Assembly (NCBI GenBank): GCA_964016885.1
Contig: OZ024740.1
Location: 58,714,001-58,778,000 of the forward strand
Direction of reading: 5' to 3'
DNA from: Eledone cirrhosa
Taxonomy: Eukaryota
Length of the DNA stretch: 64,000 bases
A program made the position numbers and the translations under genes. A model generated the notes under the pieces. The model was not told the origin of the DNA. It did no database searches and saw only the letters and a program-made list of their open reading frames with translations. This document shows, one piece after another, positions 38,211-52,769 of the stretch (positions are counted from its first letter, which is position 1; each line of letters starts with the position of its first letter).

Positions 38211-39502
38211 ATTCAAACAAAGTAATGATGTAATTTTTGGAGAAACTTGTTAGTTTTCTATTAAAGCTTTGTAGTTTCTTTTGTTTGTTTTTAAATCTGT
38301 CAGTCTAAATTTCTTTTCCTATAGATTTATTAGGATAAACACAAGACCATAAACACATTATATTAAGTGAACATAGTAAATTAAACATGTGTCAAGTTCT
38401 ACATTTACTGCAATAAGTCCTTTCCATCTATAGATTAACTAATCAAATATCAACAATGATATAATTACTATTTTATAAACTAGAAAATATTGTTGATTAA
38501 CCAATGTTTATAGTGAATTGCTACATTAGTGTAAAAATAATAAGATGATCTCAATATCTTATAAACAAATAATATTCTTCTATGACATGAACACATTGAT
38601 TAAAATTAAATTATTCAATAACTAGTAACTGTATAGCTATTAACATTAGATACCAAAAGTACTTAATACTTGGGCTATCTAGAAAAGAGGAAATTGCATG
38701 TCTGTCTGATTTAAAGGACTGTAAATAGTATGTAGTATAAGCCACATGACTAATAATTTGATGGTAAAACATTTAAATAGAAATTAATTGAGAGTACTCT
38801 ATTATCTTTTTAATTGAAAAGGTCATGTCAACATTATTTCATTAGAGAATATCTTTTCAAAATCTAGTGTAAGTAAATGTTTAATTTGAAGAAATTTATA
38901 AACATCATTTCTTAAAAAAGTGCACAGGATAATTGTTAGTACAGTCCTAAATATAATCCGCTTTTGGAGATGAATTTTTTCAAGTTTCTTTGTACAATGT
39001 TTCATATTTTATAAAATATTCATGGATACAAAGGGAATTTCAGTTCATTCCTATATAATTTATTTATATTTTGATTTTAATGGTATGAGCAAAAAGAATT
39101 GCATGTATCCCATCTAAATATAGATTTATTTTACTATACATTTGAAATAAGGATCTACATCAGAGCATAAAAGTTACATCCCAATACACAACATTTAGGA
39201 AAAGTGTCTTCTATAGTAGATTCAGGTTGTACAATAATTTGCGAGAGGAATTTGTAAATTCTTAAGCAAATCCTTTTCATTCCAGAAATGAAGATAGGTT
39301 CACTGTCAGATTTAATAGTTTTTCTTGTACATACATCCATACAAATATATATATATGATGTAAATGTTATAAAGAAAAATGTGATAACTATTTGAAACAT
39401 TTTGGTACACACCTGCACAATCTTATTGATACAATGAATGCTGTCAAATATGTTCTGTATTTAAAATGCCACTTTCTACGATTTAATAGTATTATTATTT
39501 TT

Positions 39503-39564
39503 TTGTTTTGTTTTGTTTTGTTTTGTTTTGTTTTGTTTTGTTTTGTTTTGTTTTGTTTTGTTTT
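39503..39564. repeat. (TTTTG)n microsatellite
   Basis: Seen directly. Confidence 0.95.
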
Positions 39565-40784
39565 ATTTGCTATTGCATCACTGTTAGTCGAGATATTTGT
39601 GGTAACCTTAACCTGGTCTTGATCTTAACATCTAATTTAAAATCCCATAGTGGCATTTTTGCTATAATCTTTTTTTTTTTCTTGCCAATTCTTCTTTCAA
39701 TGAAACATCTCTTTTCATTATAGCTGCTGGCAATTGTGCTGACATATATCAAATAAATTAACTTAAAACTGTCTTTCCTTATATATGCATTTCTTGTAAA
39801 CTATCTAAACAAACAGTTATAGTCATTCTTGTTTCCCTATCACCAATCGTCTGCAACATTGCATGCAATTTTCTTTCAGTAACATTTCTAATTTTTTCAT
39901 GTCTAACTGAATTATGAAAATTTTGCCTACTTGTTTTCTCTATGATGCTTTTGCAATGTCATAGCTTCCACTTTTCATCTTTCATTTACTTTCACTTGCA
40001 GAGCTGTTATTGCAGTATTTTTCTAGCTGTATTTAATATAATTTAATGAAAAGATAGATGACAGATCAGGATTTATTTAACAAATTATGAATAAATCCTA
40101 TACTATAAATTAATTTTTAATTAGAAACTAAAATCCGGTGACAGTGCAAAGGAAGTAATTAGTTGTTATAAATACATAGGAAGTCAATTTCCTTAGAAAT
40201 ACATCCTAATTTTTTCTTTTTATTACTTCAATTTCTTAAGGGTAATTTATGGGTAGGTGGGGGATATATAAAAGCAAAATCTGCAATTTTTATACATTAT
40301 ATTTCATTTAATACATTTTATTTCAATTTATTTTGTATTTTAAAAATGATTTATATTTGTTAGACTCTGTTTATTAACAATTAGAAATTATTTATTTTTA
40401 TAAGAAGATTAAGTTTTGATATTAGTTTTCCATGAGTATTTTCTGTTTAGCTATTTTGTTAGGTTTTTGGACTTAACAGCATATATACTTCAATATATAT
40501 GTTATACTTTCTGTCATAAATATGATATTCCTTCAAGGAAGAAAGCTTATGACATTTTTGACAATTATATAGTATAAATAGTTAAATTTTAAATTGTCTT
40601 ATATACTCTTTTGTTGGTTTCAGTCATTAAACTACAATCATGCTGGGTCACTACCTTAAAATCAATTGTATTAAACCCTGTACTTATTTTCTTCCAGACT
40701 GGTACTAATTTTATCAATCTCTTTTTATGAAATTGCTATGCTGTATGGCTTAAATAAAAAAAAACAGATACATACACATTTTCA

Positions 40785-41120
40785 TGAGTGATGAAGCATT
40801 GATGAACTGAGAGAGAAACTGAGAATAAAAGGGATCAAATGTAATGATCAAAAGAGAAGACTGCGCTGGTATGGCCATATGATGTGTATGGATCGTGATT
40901 ATTGGGTGAAAAAGTCCCAGGGTTTCTAAGTGAATGGAAGCTGCAGTAGAGGAAGAGGAAAGAAAACATAGACAGAGGTGGTGAGAGAAAATCTCTAAAC
41001 ACTAAGCTCCCAAAGGTGCCAGTGAGGGAGTGCAATAGATAGAGGGTAGTTGCATTAGAAAAGACCTGTCCAACCCATGCAATCGTGGAAAATTGGACGT
41101 AAAAAGAATGATGATGATCA
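40785..41120 (+). mobile_element. RTE 3' fragment with short 3' UTR
   Basis: SIDELREKLRIKGIKC...RRLRWYGH; ends ccaacccatgcaatcgtggaaaattggacgtaaaaagaatgatgatgat. Confidence 0.8.
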
Positions 41121-41139
41121 TGATGGCCTTCTGGAGTTT

Positions 41140-41285
41140 CATTTCCTCAAATTTCATTCACAAGGCATTGGTCATCCCAAAGCTACAGTAGAAGACACTT
41201 TCCCAAGGATACATGCAATTGGAATGACCCTAAAATCAAGTGGTTGCACAATGAACTCTTTAACCACACAGCCATGCCTGTGCTT
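41140..41285 (-). mobile_element. tRNA-derived SINE family C
   Basis: Minus strand gcacaggcatggctgtgtggttaa (A box)...ccttgggaaagtgtcttctactgtagc...accaatgccttgtgaatgaaatttg; several homologues in the window. Confidence 0.65.
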
Positions 41286-43491
41286 ATACAGGTATCAGCA
41301 CTAGATGAGATGCAGCTCGTTTATATTTATATTTTAACTTTAGCCTTTCACCTGTACATAAATCACATCTACTTCTCAAAAATACTGCTTGCAGTTTTGC
41401 TTATGGTTCACCATTGTCATTGTTTATTGTCTATTTTTCATGCTTGAATGGGCTAGATGGGTTGCCACATACTGAGACTAGAGGTGACTATATCTTGCTT
41501 GTATGCTCTATTTTGGGCTCGATTTCTACAGCTGGATGCCCTTCATAATGCCAATTCAAGCAGTTGTATCTAAATAATAAACAAATTTAAAAGTCCATTT
41601 AACTGAAATAATCCCAATTATTTCTCCATATAGTGTAGTAAAGTCCCACAATCATTGATGTCATAACATTGGGGTTTTGAGATTTATACAATGAATGAAC
41701 CAATTAAGTGAGGCTTCTAAATTGTCACTCCTGATTGATTCATAATGTATGCCAGATTAGGATTTCATCTAGCTGATCAGGAACTGTGGATATATATTTC
41801 ACATGTGTGAAAGTAATTTTATTTTTGCTCAAAACATCATCAACATATATTTGTTTTATACTGAATAGTGACAACCTGCTCTCTCTATATACATTCATTT
41901 GCTGGTGTGAGTGTATATATATGTCTGTGTGCACATGATTGTATGTTTGCTCACTTCACATTTGTGTACATATGTGTACATGCTGCTAATTTCAAGCCTA
42001 GACCACAGTTTGATATATAAGTTGCTTACAGTTTTCCATGCTATTTCTTTCTCTATAAAAAAAATACAACTTATTTACAAGTATATACAGCATATAATTT
42101 GGTAGATTTATATTGACTTTAAGTCACTTACACTATTAATTTATCTAAGATATTCTCCAATCAACTAGAACATTTGCTTAGTTAAACACCATTTAATAAG
42201 GTATTTACCATTTACTTCTTTTTTTTCATATTGATTCCATTTATAATGTTTCCTGTTTTCTTATTGACAGTATTTCTCTTCATTAAGTTGTCATTTAATT
42301 AAGATAGCTTTGCATTGAAACTTTTATTTTATCTTTAATAAAAAGTAATTTACCCTTGTAACATAATCTTTTTTCTATTTCAATTTAAATTATTGATCTT
42401 AATTTTAAATATTGATATTTTCATGATAGAGTAATACCTTAAAAGTATAGATTAATTCAGTTAATGTTTATATAAGATATTTATTGAAGAATGCTTTCTC
42501 ATTATCATTATCCTCATTCTTATCATTATCATTGATATTTTTCACCTAATCTTTCAGTGCATTTAATGTTCAGACTGCCTTTAAGTCAGATGATCGAATT
42601 CTTTTCCCTGTATGTCATCAATTAATTAACAAGAGATTTTACAATACATGAAAGTCTTCAGGTTTAATTTATGACAATAATAAATATCTTAATATATACA
42701 ACCATATGTTCATTTTTTTTCATCAATTAACCCAATTAATATATGCCTTGGTTCTTAAAGCTGAGTCAGCTTTGTTCAACATAACTAAATTATCGAATTA
42801 AATTTAAATTTCATTTATTTATTTTAGTGGTAGGTAAATTAGGATTGTTATTGCATCAAAACAACAGCCACTATGCCTATCATATTATTACCTTGTCATT
42901 AGTGTCAGATTTCGATATAAGTTAAATAGGTTTACAGATTTGGGCCTCAAAATCTGAAGAGTTCTTGGAATAATTAAAAGGCATATATATTTTCAATTTT
43001 TGTGACTTCAGGCATTATAAAGCTTTGGACTTCATCAAATTTAAATCTGAGACTACTTGTCGTGTTAATATCGTTTATGTCTACACTATCAGCTTTGAGG
43101 TCCATTTAACCTTTTGCATGGCATATTAAATAGTTTTGTTTTAGTTTTTCCTGTGATATTATAATCAGGATCTGGTCCTACTGAGACTGAAAGTAATCTT
43201 CAACCAATTCATTCATGTCATTTGTAAAGAACCACTAACCAAGGAAGGTGCTTGATTATTCCAGGGTCTTGGCTTCACAATCACCTACAGCAATGCTGCA
43301 ATTGTATCTGCTTGCCTAAAAAATTATTGAAGGGAAACTCCAACATTCCTTGTGGTGTGTGATTGAGGGGGCATGTCTTCTCTCACTTATTTATTTTTCT
43401 TTTTTTGTGTTTTTAGTTATATTTCTTTATTTAATGACAGGTAAACTAAGATTGAGTACTAAATATATGTACACATTTATAGGAAGTTAAT

Positions 43492-43760
43492 ATCATCATC
43501 ATCCTCATCATCATCGTTTAACATCTATCTTCCACGCTAATATGGGTTAGATGGGCATTGTCCCACTTGAGGCAAGACTGGTCAGTTGACCGTGTCTCGC
43601 TCGTATAGGACTATCTGGCAGGTTTTCTACGGCTGGATGCCCTTCTTAACACCAACCACATTTACAGTGTGGCCTGGGAACTTTTTACCATGTTACCTAC
43701 ATGGCCACATTACAGTGTGGACTGTGTGTTTTTTTCGTGACACCTACATGATCTCGATCT
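43492..43760 (-). mobile_element. 3' UTR-only fragment of the young RTE family
   Basis: Reverse complement of ~24720-24982. Confidence 0.85.
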
Positions 43761-43939
43761 CATTATCTCATTAGTTTGGACTGGTACACCTTTAAAGGAA
43801 TTAAAAATGTGATAGCAGAATATGATTAATGATATACTGTAAACACTTTAATGGGACACACTTTCTTTGTATTGCTGACTTATTTATCTAGATTGAACAG
43901 TAGCTTCTTCACTACCATCCTCTCCAAGCTTATTTCATC

Positions 43940-45770
43940 CTTCTTATGTGGGAGGGTGAGTCTTCTGTAGTATAACATGTTGCCAGTCAGTTCAGTCCTG
44001 TATCATCTTCTTTGTGATATTCAACTGCATGTGGTTTGCCTTCACCACATCATATACATCATACCAAGTTTTCATAAGTCTTTCCCTTGACTTGGAGGTG
44101 CTCTGCATTTCTTTTTACAGCTGTCACCTGCCATATGTATCATATATCCATACCATTACAGTCTCCTCCTGCACACTGCACCTCATCCCTCTTATGTCCA
44201 GTTTTTTTCTCTCATGTTATTTATACTTTGTCATTCATGTATACTACTATTACACATCCATCAGAGCATCCTTTACACACAACCACGTTTCAATTCCTCA
44301 CAAGCATCATACATTCTGCCTTTCATTTTGAGGAAGAAACCATTTGTAGCCATCAGTGGTAGTAGTTCTCTGAACTTTTCCAATCAGTTCTTACTCTGGC
44401 TACTGTACTTTGAGAACATCCACCTCCACTGCTAATTTGATCATCCAAATAACAGAAGCTGTCAACTATTTCTTGGGAGCCATCTGAGCATTTGATATGG
44501 CATGTGCCATGTGAATTTTTACTGCTTACTGCTCCTGTGCATCTGCCACATACAAAGCTATCATACTTTGTTCGCCTTCCAGAGATCCCATTACATCCCT
44601 TTTGAATTCATAGCTTACATTTTATACATAGAATGGAAATTTTACCTTCTCCTTTCCTGTGTACTGAGCACAGCTCTTTATCTGAAGGACTCAGAGTCCT
44701 ATTTTCATTTTTAGTTAATTGTTTTCTAAGTCGACTTTGAGGCTGTTTGATTACAGGTTCTGTTCCCATGTTTGGAATTCTTTCTCTAATTCTGCTGCAG
44801 ATTCAGCTATGTAGACTAGATGATTAGCATACAGGAGTTTCCATAGGCAACCAGTCTTAAACTCCTCTGTTATAGCTTGGAAAACAATAATAAACAGAAG
44901 GGGAATAAAGACAGAACCCTGATGAACTCCTGCCTGCGTTTCAAATGCATCACTATACTCACTGTTAAATTTAGCTTACTGACTGTACATGGCTTGTGCC
45001 TCCCTTACAAACCATTCCTGTATGCTTAGTTTTCTAAAGGCCCACCTGATTACAGTGTGGGGAAGCCTGTCAAATGCTTTTTCCAAGTCACTGAATACTA
45101 GGTAGATTGGATCACTCTTAGCTAAGTACCTCTCCTGCAGCTGTTTCACAAGGAAGAAGACAGACATCTGTGGTACCTTTACTAGGCACAAAGCCAAACT
45201 ACATCTTGTCTAGTTTAATTCTATCCCTAATTAGTTGTGATATAACTCTTTCAGTAACTTTGATGATCTAGTCCATCAACTTGATGCCTTTGTAGTTTTC
45301 TCTGTCCAGTGCACCTCTCTTGTTTTTGTAGCATTTGGCAATGATGCTGCTACACCAGTCATTAGGTATGATGTCATCCTGTATTACTTCATCTACTATG
45401 TGCATGCTTAGCCTGGGGTCCACCACACCAGATGCTTTCAGCATTTCAGCAACTATCCCTGATACTCCAACTACCTTACCTGTTTTCATATCCTTAATAG
45501 TTTTACTTGCTATGCTGCTGCTAACTTGGATGGCTGGTCTCTCTGTTGTGTCTACTTACAGCTAATTTTCTTTCTCCCATGTATTCTCCACATTTAACAG
45601 TCTCTCATAATAGTGCTTCCATATTTCATTCTTTTCAGCATTGAAGGCAAATGCATTGCTGTCATTTCAGATGCACTTTTCTCCAACATCTTGATGTTTC
45701 CTTACACATTGCCTTGCAACCCTAAACACCTATCGCCTTTGGTCCACATGATTCAAAACATTTGCAAAAT
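43940..45770 (-). mobile_element. Older RTE copy (RT + PHD region), heavily mutated
   Basis: Minus-strand MKTGKVVGVSGIVAEMLKASG, ENYKGIKL, FSDLEKAFDRLP, LCIKCKL; colinear with ~22670-24590. Confidence 0.9.
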
Positions 45771-48700
45771 TACCACACATGTTTAGGTGTGGTTCATAAC
45801 CGATACAAAATTCATCAGAGCTCCCAGTATAGCTGGTATTGTTTTAGTTGTTGACTGATTTTTTTCCTGGAGATAGTTGATTTGTTTTGTTTAACTAGCG
45901 TAGATTTTATTTTAAGATTGTTTCTCCCATCTTGTTTTGTTTGGATCTAAAAGTTTGTTTTGTTCAATGTATCTCAAGTATGTATTTTCTAATTAAGAGT
46001 GTGTTGTATATTTATTGTTGTTCTTGATTAATTATAATTAAAAACAATGTTTCAAGTGTGTTTTAGAAAGGAAAGAATAATTCATAATTATTAAATTTAT
46101 GATGAATGGAAAATGAGCTCAACAAAAGTAATTTAAGACATGACAACCTTCCTAGTATTGGTGATTTACATGATAAATGCTCTTAGTATACTCTGTAAAG
46201 TGGTTAGTGATAGGAAGAGCATCCAGTCATAGAAACCTTACCAAACAAAGAGTGTACAGCTCAGACTTGCTTGGTCATGAGTTCAATTCCCAGACTGCCT
46301 GGCACATTGTGTCTTTCAGCAAAGCACCTAATTTCACATTGTGCGAGTTCACTAAGCTAAAAAATGAGTCCTAGCAGATGCAATACACCAGCATCCCATT
46401 CAGTTCTTTCTTAATGCCACATAAAATTTAAAATTTATTAACAAGATAAACTCTGGCCTCATTCTAACTTAATTTCTTTAATTACCAGATAAAGCTCAAC
46501 TAGTACAGATAAAAAGGAAATTTAATGTTAAAATAAGTCCACTGAAACAATAACAATAAGTAGTTGCATGTAGGATCTTTATAATTGAGATTTGTAACAT
46601 GAGAAGAGAGATATATCTACTTCTGCATTTCCAAGAACATGGCCAAAAGAGAAATTGCTTTGTTACAACATATGTTACTTACTTAAACTTAAATACACAT
46701 TTCACCTCACATAGCTAAATATTTATATTTGTATATGTACATGAGTACATATGCAATGAGTGCACTGAATAATTGACAAAGGTTTTATTAATCTACTCTA
46801 CTGGGATCAATTACTTCCATGGGCCTGTAGATGGTAGTAGAAACAAAACTTAAAAAAAAAAACATTCTAGAGTTTATCCTACCTTGAATTACAACAGGAA
46901 ATGTCAGATGTGTTTCAATATGTTAAAGAGCATGCCTACTACTTGGTAAAAAAAATATTAACAATTTAAAATAGACTTTATTTTATTTTTACTACTAACA
47001 ACATTTTAAACTGCTCTATATGTAAATACGCTTTTTAGTAAAGCAAATTTATTCAAAGAACTGTTGGAGATTTTTAGTTGCCTGGAAGAAAGGTTTTAAA
47101 CCTAAAAGAATTAGTATAAATTTAAGTAGAGTGTTTGTAGTCATGACCTCAACATACATACAGCAACTGGAAATTGTTTTCTTTTAGAATATAAGAAAAG
47201 TATCATAAAGTAATCAATACTTTGCAGACAGTGCTACCAGAAAATGTTACAGTTGTGCATTTGATTGAACCATCACTTCCAATGCTCTAAGTATCTGATG
47301 TAACAAACAACATATGCAATTTAGGTTTGAAGGTTATTGTCTGAAGTAATGCTTCATATGTGGCTGCAGGTAAATTTAATTTGTTTTGTTATCTTGACCT
47401 AAACTGCAATAGAGTAAATATAGTGTTTATACTTTTTAGCATTATTCATTCAACATCTGCTTTTCAATACATAGTTCTATTTAATAACAAAAAATTTCAT
47501 TAAAAGAAATTAATAATAATTTCATCATCAAATAAATAACCCTTCCGTTAATAAGTTATAATGCACCACATATTTGGTACTGGTTGGTAGTGGAAAGAAA
47601 ACAATGGCTGGAACAGGTTCAATATGGCACAATTGAATTTGCTTTTGTGGTTTATGACCAACAGACTCCCTAGTGCTAGTGCTATAATAAAAATGCACCC
47701 AGTACACTTTGTACACTTTGTAAAGTGGTTTATATTAAAAAGGGTACCCAGCCGTAGAAACCACGTAAAATATAGGGTTGAAAGACCTCTTCAATTGAGA
47801 CAAGGACATGACAAACTCCTTAAAGTCAGTGCCATGATAAAATTCATCCAGTGCTCTCTGTAAAGCCTGGAATATATGTAAGCAAGATGCTGGCCCTTGG
47901 TCGGTCTGATTAGTTAGTAACTCTAGTTAAGTACTGACCTCGTCAATGATGACCCATTCAACCTTGTCTGCATGGAAAAGTGGATGATGATGACGAAAGG
48001 AAGTATGAAACAAAACCTCAACATTTTCAGTGTTTTTGTTTTCTCAGTGAAAAACATTTAAATATCGTTCTAGGTGTTCATATTTTTTAAAGTTAGTAGG
48101 GTGTGATTTGAAGCTACAAATTCTACAAATTCTTTGGCCTATTTAGAGAAGAGGCTATCAGTAGAAGTAAATGAGAAATGAGGACAGACTGTGTGTCTGT
48201 GAATTAGTAGCTGTATTGTATTATTGAATGAATCTTTAGCAATCAGCTGAATGGCCTTCATTTGGATACAGCATTGGATGTTTGTGTGTAACAATAGCAA
48301 TGTCCCATAGATGTGATCAGCCATCCAATGATTGTCATAACTAGCTTTGAAATTTTGAAGTGGATGTGTTATACTTGTGTGCACTGCATAAATAAATGGT
48401 AGAGAAGCATTTATCAGCAGTCAATAGTTGAATAAGGTTATTGCACTTCATTTTGGACAGACAACTGATAACTCTAGCAAAGTAAATACTATTGGTTTGT
48501 AATCTATAAAGAGAAGAGGTGTAGAGATATGGGGTGTAAATTGCATGTTAGATATGCCGCTTTTGTTATTGAATCTCTTGATGCCCCTAATATTGGAAAA
48601 TAGTTATTAGATGTGTCTTCTGACAGAAATAGTGATATCAACTGTCAGTGAAAAGAACAACTTATTAAATTTATTTGTAACTGAGAAGAAATATTGAGGA

Positions 48701-49014
48701 AATAACAAAATATTTTATGCATAAAACATTATATGATGTGTATACACTGTGATAACAGATTTATTTGAAATAAATCTATTGAAGAAATAAATGAATTTTT
48801 GTGAACTTGCAGCTCACTAGACATAGGCAAGTGAAAATAGAAGCACTTTAAGATTAATAGCCAGAAAGAACTTGCATAGTAAATTGAAAAGGGCTGTAAA
48901 AGTAATAACATTGAGTCCCATGGGACTGAGAAATCTTCATTTCTTCTCAGAAAATTTTTTTTATAGAATTAAGAAATGCTGTGAAAATGTAGTAGAGATA
49001 TTAAAGTTGTCTAA

Positions 49015-49263
49015 CTCTTTTGATACAAAACTGCCTGAACTGCCCCTGGTTCTTTGATACAAAACTATTTATTTTAAAGTGTTGATATAAAAACTTTCCA
49101 TCATAATTTTATGTAAAAATCTTTGTTAAGATATATTTAGAATGCCAGTTCAATAATGAGAAAGTTAGTTATATTGATAGATCTTTTAAAATTCTTGATT
49201 ATTTTCAAAATGATATGGAAATAATAGGCAGTGGACTTCCTTAGAAATATGGAAACAAAAGGG
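49015..49263. mobile_element. piggyBac-like MITE family 2, degenerate
   Basis: ctaa|ctcttttgat ... aacaaaaggg|ttaa ends; interior similar to 35040-35180 and 61925-62080. Confidence 0.55.
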
Positions 49264-49328
49264 TTAAACATGTTTCAGCTGAATGTCACAATTATATATT
49301 TCATTATAGGTTTACTCTATAATAGTGT

Positions 49329-49660
49329 GAAGGTGCATGGCTTAGTAGCTAGAGCATTGGGCTCACAATCATGAGGTTGTGTCTTCAATTCCTCGACCGG
49401 GTGGTGCGTTGCATTCTTGAGCAAGACTTTATTTCACATTGTGCCAGTTTACTCAGCTGTAGAAATGAGTTGCAACATCACTGGTGCCAAGCTGTATCTG
49501 CCATTGCCTTTCTGTTGGACAACATCTGGCATGAAGACCAGTATGCATGGGTGACTGTTAGTCCTCCTCAAACAACCTTGCCCAGACTTGTGTCTTGGAG
49601 GGGAACTTTCTTCGTGCAAATCCCAGGGTCATTCATGACTGAATAGGCGCTTTGTCCTTT
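49329..49660 (+). mobile_element. tRNA-derived CORE-type SINE family B
   Basis: A box tggcttagtagctaga; CORE-like ttgagcaagactttatttcac...ctcagctgtagaaatgag; colinear with 62642-62958. Confidence 0.8.
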
Positions 49661-50865
49661 TACTCTACAATATCATCTATTTGTGATGAATGATGTTTCA
49701 TTGATTAAATATAGTTCTTTTCAGCAATTTTGAGAGAAAGGGAAAATTGATATCAACCCCAGCACTTAACTGGTACTTTATTTTATTGACCCCCAGTAGG
49801 ATGAAAGGAAAAGTTGACCTCAGTGGGATTCGAACACAAGATATAGAATGTCATAATTAAATATCACAAAGCATTCTGTCTGATACTCTAACTACTCTGC
49901 CAGCCGACAATCTGTTGATCAAATATAATAGATGCAGATAATCATCAGAAAATTATTTCATTATAACAATATCAAAAGTACTAGTAATGCACTGGGTAAT
50001 TGCTGGCCTTGTGCCTAAAGTAGAAACAATTATAACAATATCAATAATTTTTTTGTTTTATTTTTTTTTTTTTTCATGATTAATAGTTTGTAATGTATAT
50101 TGGTATTTGGTAGTAATTTTATCAGGATTTTACATAAAAAATGGATTCCCTTCTTTCTATTTTTGGAAGATTTCAGAAATATTCTTCTGAAAACACTAGA
50201 CATTGTTATTGTTATTGAATGATAACATGATTCTGGACATTAGTAAGAAAAACAGTCAGCCTTAAAACCTTTGCTTCAGTTATATGTGTTCTGTGGCAGT
50301 ATATTCATTTTAATCACTACCTTCTAGTTTCTATGGTAACAGTGGTAACCGAACTGATCTAGCTAACCTATTTACACACACGCACGCACACAAAAAACAG
50401 TTTTTAAAATGATGAGATGGAAAATGGTAAAGATGGTGGTGGTATTTGTGGAGATGATGTGGATGATTCACATGTAATCATGTAATTTTCAGTTGCTATT
50501 CAATACTGGTGTTAAAATCTTGGCATGTCTCATTATCAGGAATAGAACTAGCAAAGGTGATAGCTATTAATAATCATTTTTCTTTAAATAATTTTCAGCA
50601 AATTGCAGCTCCAAATATTTTGTATCCTTTTATGTTCCTTTGCATTTCTCTTCTATACTGACTGTATACACTATCTTGCTTCAAAGTAATTTCATTTTCA
50701 TACTCAGATTAATTGTGTTCTTTGAAGATCTAATATTTGAATTTGTACCATTTCTCTATATCTTTGGGCAATTTTTTCTTAATATGTCATCACTCGAGAG
50801 AACAAAATGGACAGTCTTTTAATTTGTTTTGTATTTTGTCTTTTTGTTCTTTATTATTTTGGACA

Positions 50866-51037
50866 GTATCGGTAGAGGGTCGGACACCATGCTTTGACGC
50901 ATAGAGTTACGGGCCTTGCCATTCTGAGTTCAAATCCCGCCGAGGTTAACTTTGCCTTTCATCCTTATGGGGGTTGATAAAATAAAGTACCAGTAATGTA
51001 CTGCGTAATTGCTGGCCTGGTGCCAAAAATAGAAACA
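50866..51037 (+). mobile_element. SINE family A, 5'-truncated, with perfect 13-bp TSD
   Basis: TSD attattttggaca at 50853-50865 and 51038-51050. Confidence 0.9.
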
Positions 51038-52327
51038 ATTATTTTGGACAAAGAATAGTTCACACTGTAAAGTGGTGACAAACAAAACTTAGACAACATA
51101 GATTATTGAGAACCCTTAGGCCCTCTCGAGTACTTAGCAACCTCTCTAGTGTTCATACATCATCATCATTATCACTATTTAGCATCCATTTTTCCATGCT
51201 TACATAGATCAGATGGGTCGTCTGTGTCAAGAGACAAGTCTGGACAGGATTGGCCATGCCATACCTTGCTCTGACGTGACTGTAAATTTGGCCGGGGTTG
51301 TCACAGCTGGATGCCCTTCCTAACACCAACCACATTTACAGTGAGGGACTGGATGGCACCACTATGAGGAGGGACAAGCCAGTTGGCTGTGCTGAACTCT
51401 TTTCACAGCGAAACCACAATTTAGGAGCCATGACCATGTTTACAGTGTGGAACCCAGGATAGAATATATTTCTTGGTATAGCCTGTAATGTGGATGGCAA
51501 CTTAATGGTGACAATATAGGACTTGCAGTCTTGTTGAATACATGACAACCTCTCTAGTACATGTGTTACAATAAAATGCACTCGGTACACATTTTGTAAA
51601 GTGGTAGTGCTGATGCTATGATAAAATACATCCAGTACATTCTGTAAAGTAGTCAACATTATGAAGAGCATCCATCTATAGAAGCCATGCCTAAATATGG
51701 ACTATATGAACAAGACATGATTAGTTGACCTACCTAATCTTGGACAGTGATAACCCATCCAACCTATGCTAGTATGGAAAGAAAACATAAAAGCTATAAG
51801 ATAATAAAGGGAAGAGTGTGGGACAGCACCCGTTTTATATTTCTTTATCTCGTTAGTAAAATAAGTTGGATTACTTTGAATAAATAATGAATGAATATAA
51901 TGTAATTTATCCACTAAATTCCTTAGCTCATGATTAAATATAAATATTCTTATATATAAAGTATTGCTTATTTTAAGATTCACTTCTTTAAAAATTTCAA
52001 ATGTCAACACTTCCGGTTAGCCTCCGTTATATCATAACACTTATCACATCGCTTATATAAACGTTTATATATTTGCATCGTTATGTAAGGTTTATATTTC
52101 TGTTGCTAATTTTCTCCTTTTTCATTTTCATAACATTTTAGTTTATTATATATGCAGTTTATATGTAATATCATCTTGTTTTAATGTATCGTGGATTACA
52201 GAAGAGAGTAACAGACTTCGTTCAATTTCTATGCATATTGTCAATTACGATTTCATTTGACGTATCATATCTACATGCATATATATTTTCATATAATATC
52301 AATATACACACTGCACATAGTAGCAGA

Positions 52328-52359
52328 AAACCACCCGAAGGGTGGTTTGATTTTGCTAG
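52328..52359 (+). mobile_element. Helitron-like 3' terminus (hairpin + CTAG)
   Basis: Perfect stem aaaccaccc-gaa-gggtggttt, then CTAG|T 7 nt later; 5' end not located. Confidence 0.5.
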
Positions 52360-52769
52360 TGATGATAATGACGATGAATAGAATAATACATAAATTGTCA
52401 CAAATGACAAAGCTGTACTGCAGATCATCATCAACATCATCATCACCAAACATCCATTTTGAATTAAACCCTGTTAGCAATGTTTAATACTATATATTTA
52501 GTTTCATGCTCACAATCTCCAATTAAACTCATGAGTGCATTCACTTCATTTTTTTTTATCCATTGACAATCACTTTAAATGACATTTCCACCCCTTCTAC
52601 AAAACTGAATTTGTGCTTATATGAGAAATAATTGCAGGGGAAGAAGATAGAAGTATATGTGATTTTGTAAATAGAGAATTGGTAATATTGGAGAGGACTT
52701 TATTATCTTTTATTCTTTTACTTTTACTGTGATTTAATGAGAAAGAAATCAAATTGCTGGAGTTGACAA

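Noticed and set aside
35305-39752. Short low-complexity ORFs (YIYIYI, FCFVLF, CVYMCM etc.) here and elsewhere in the track
   Set aside because: They are translations of microsatellites or antisense frames of TE fragments.
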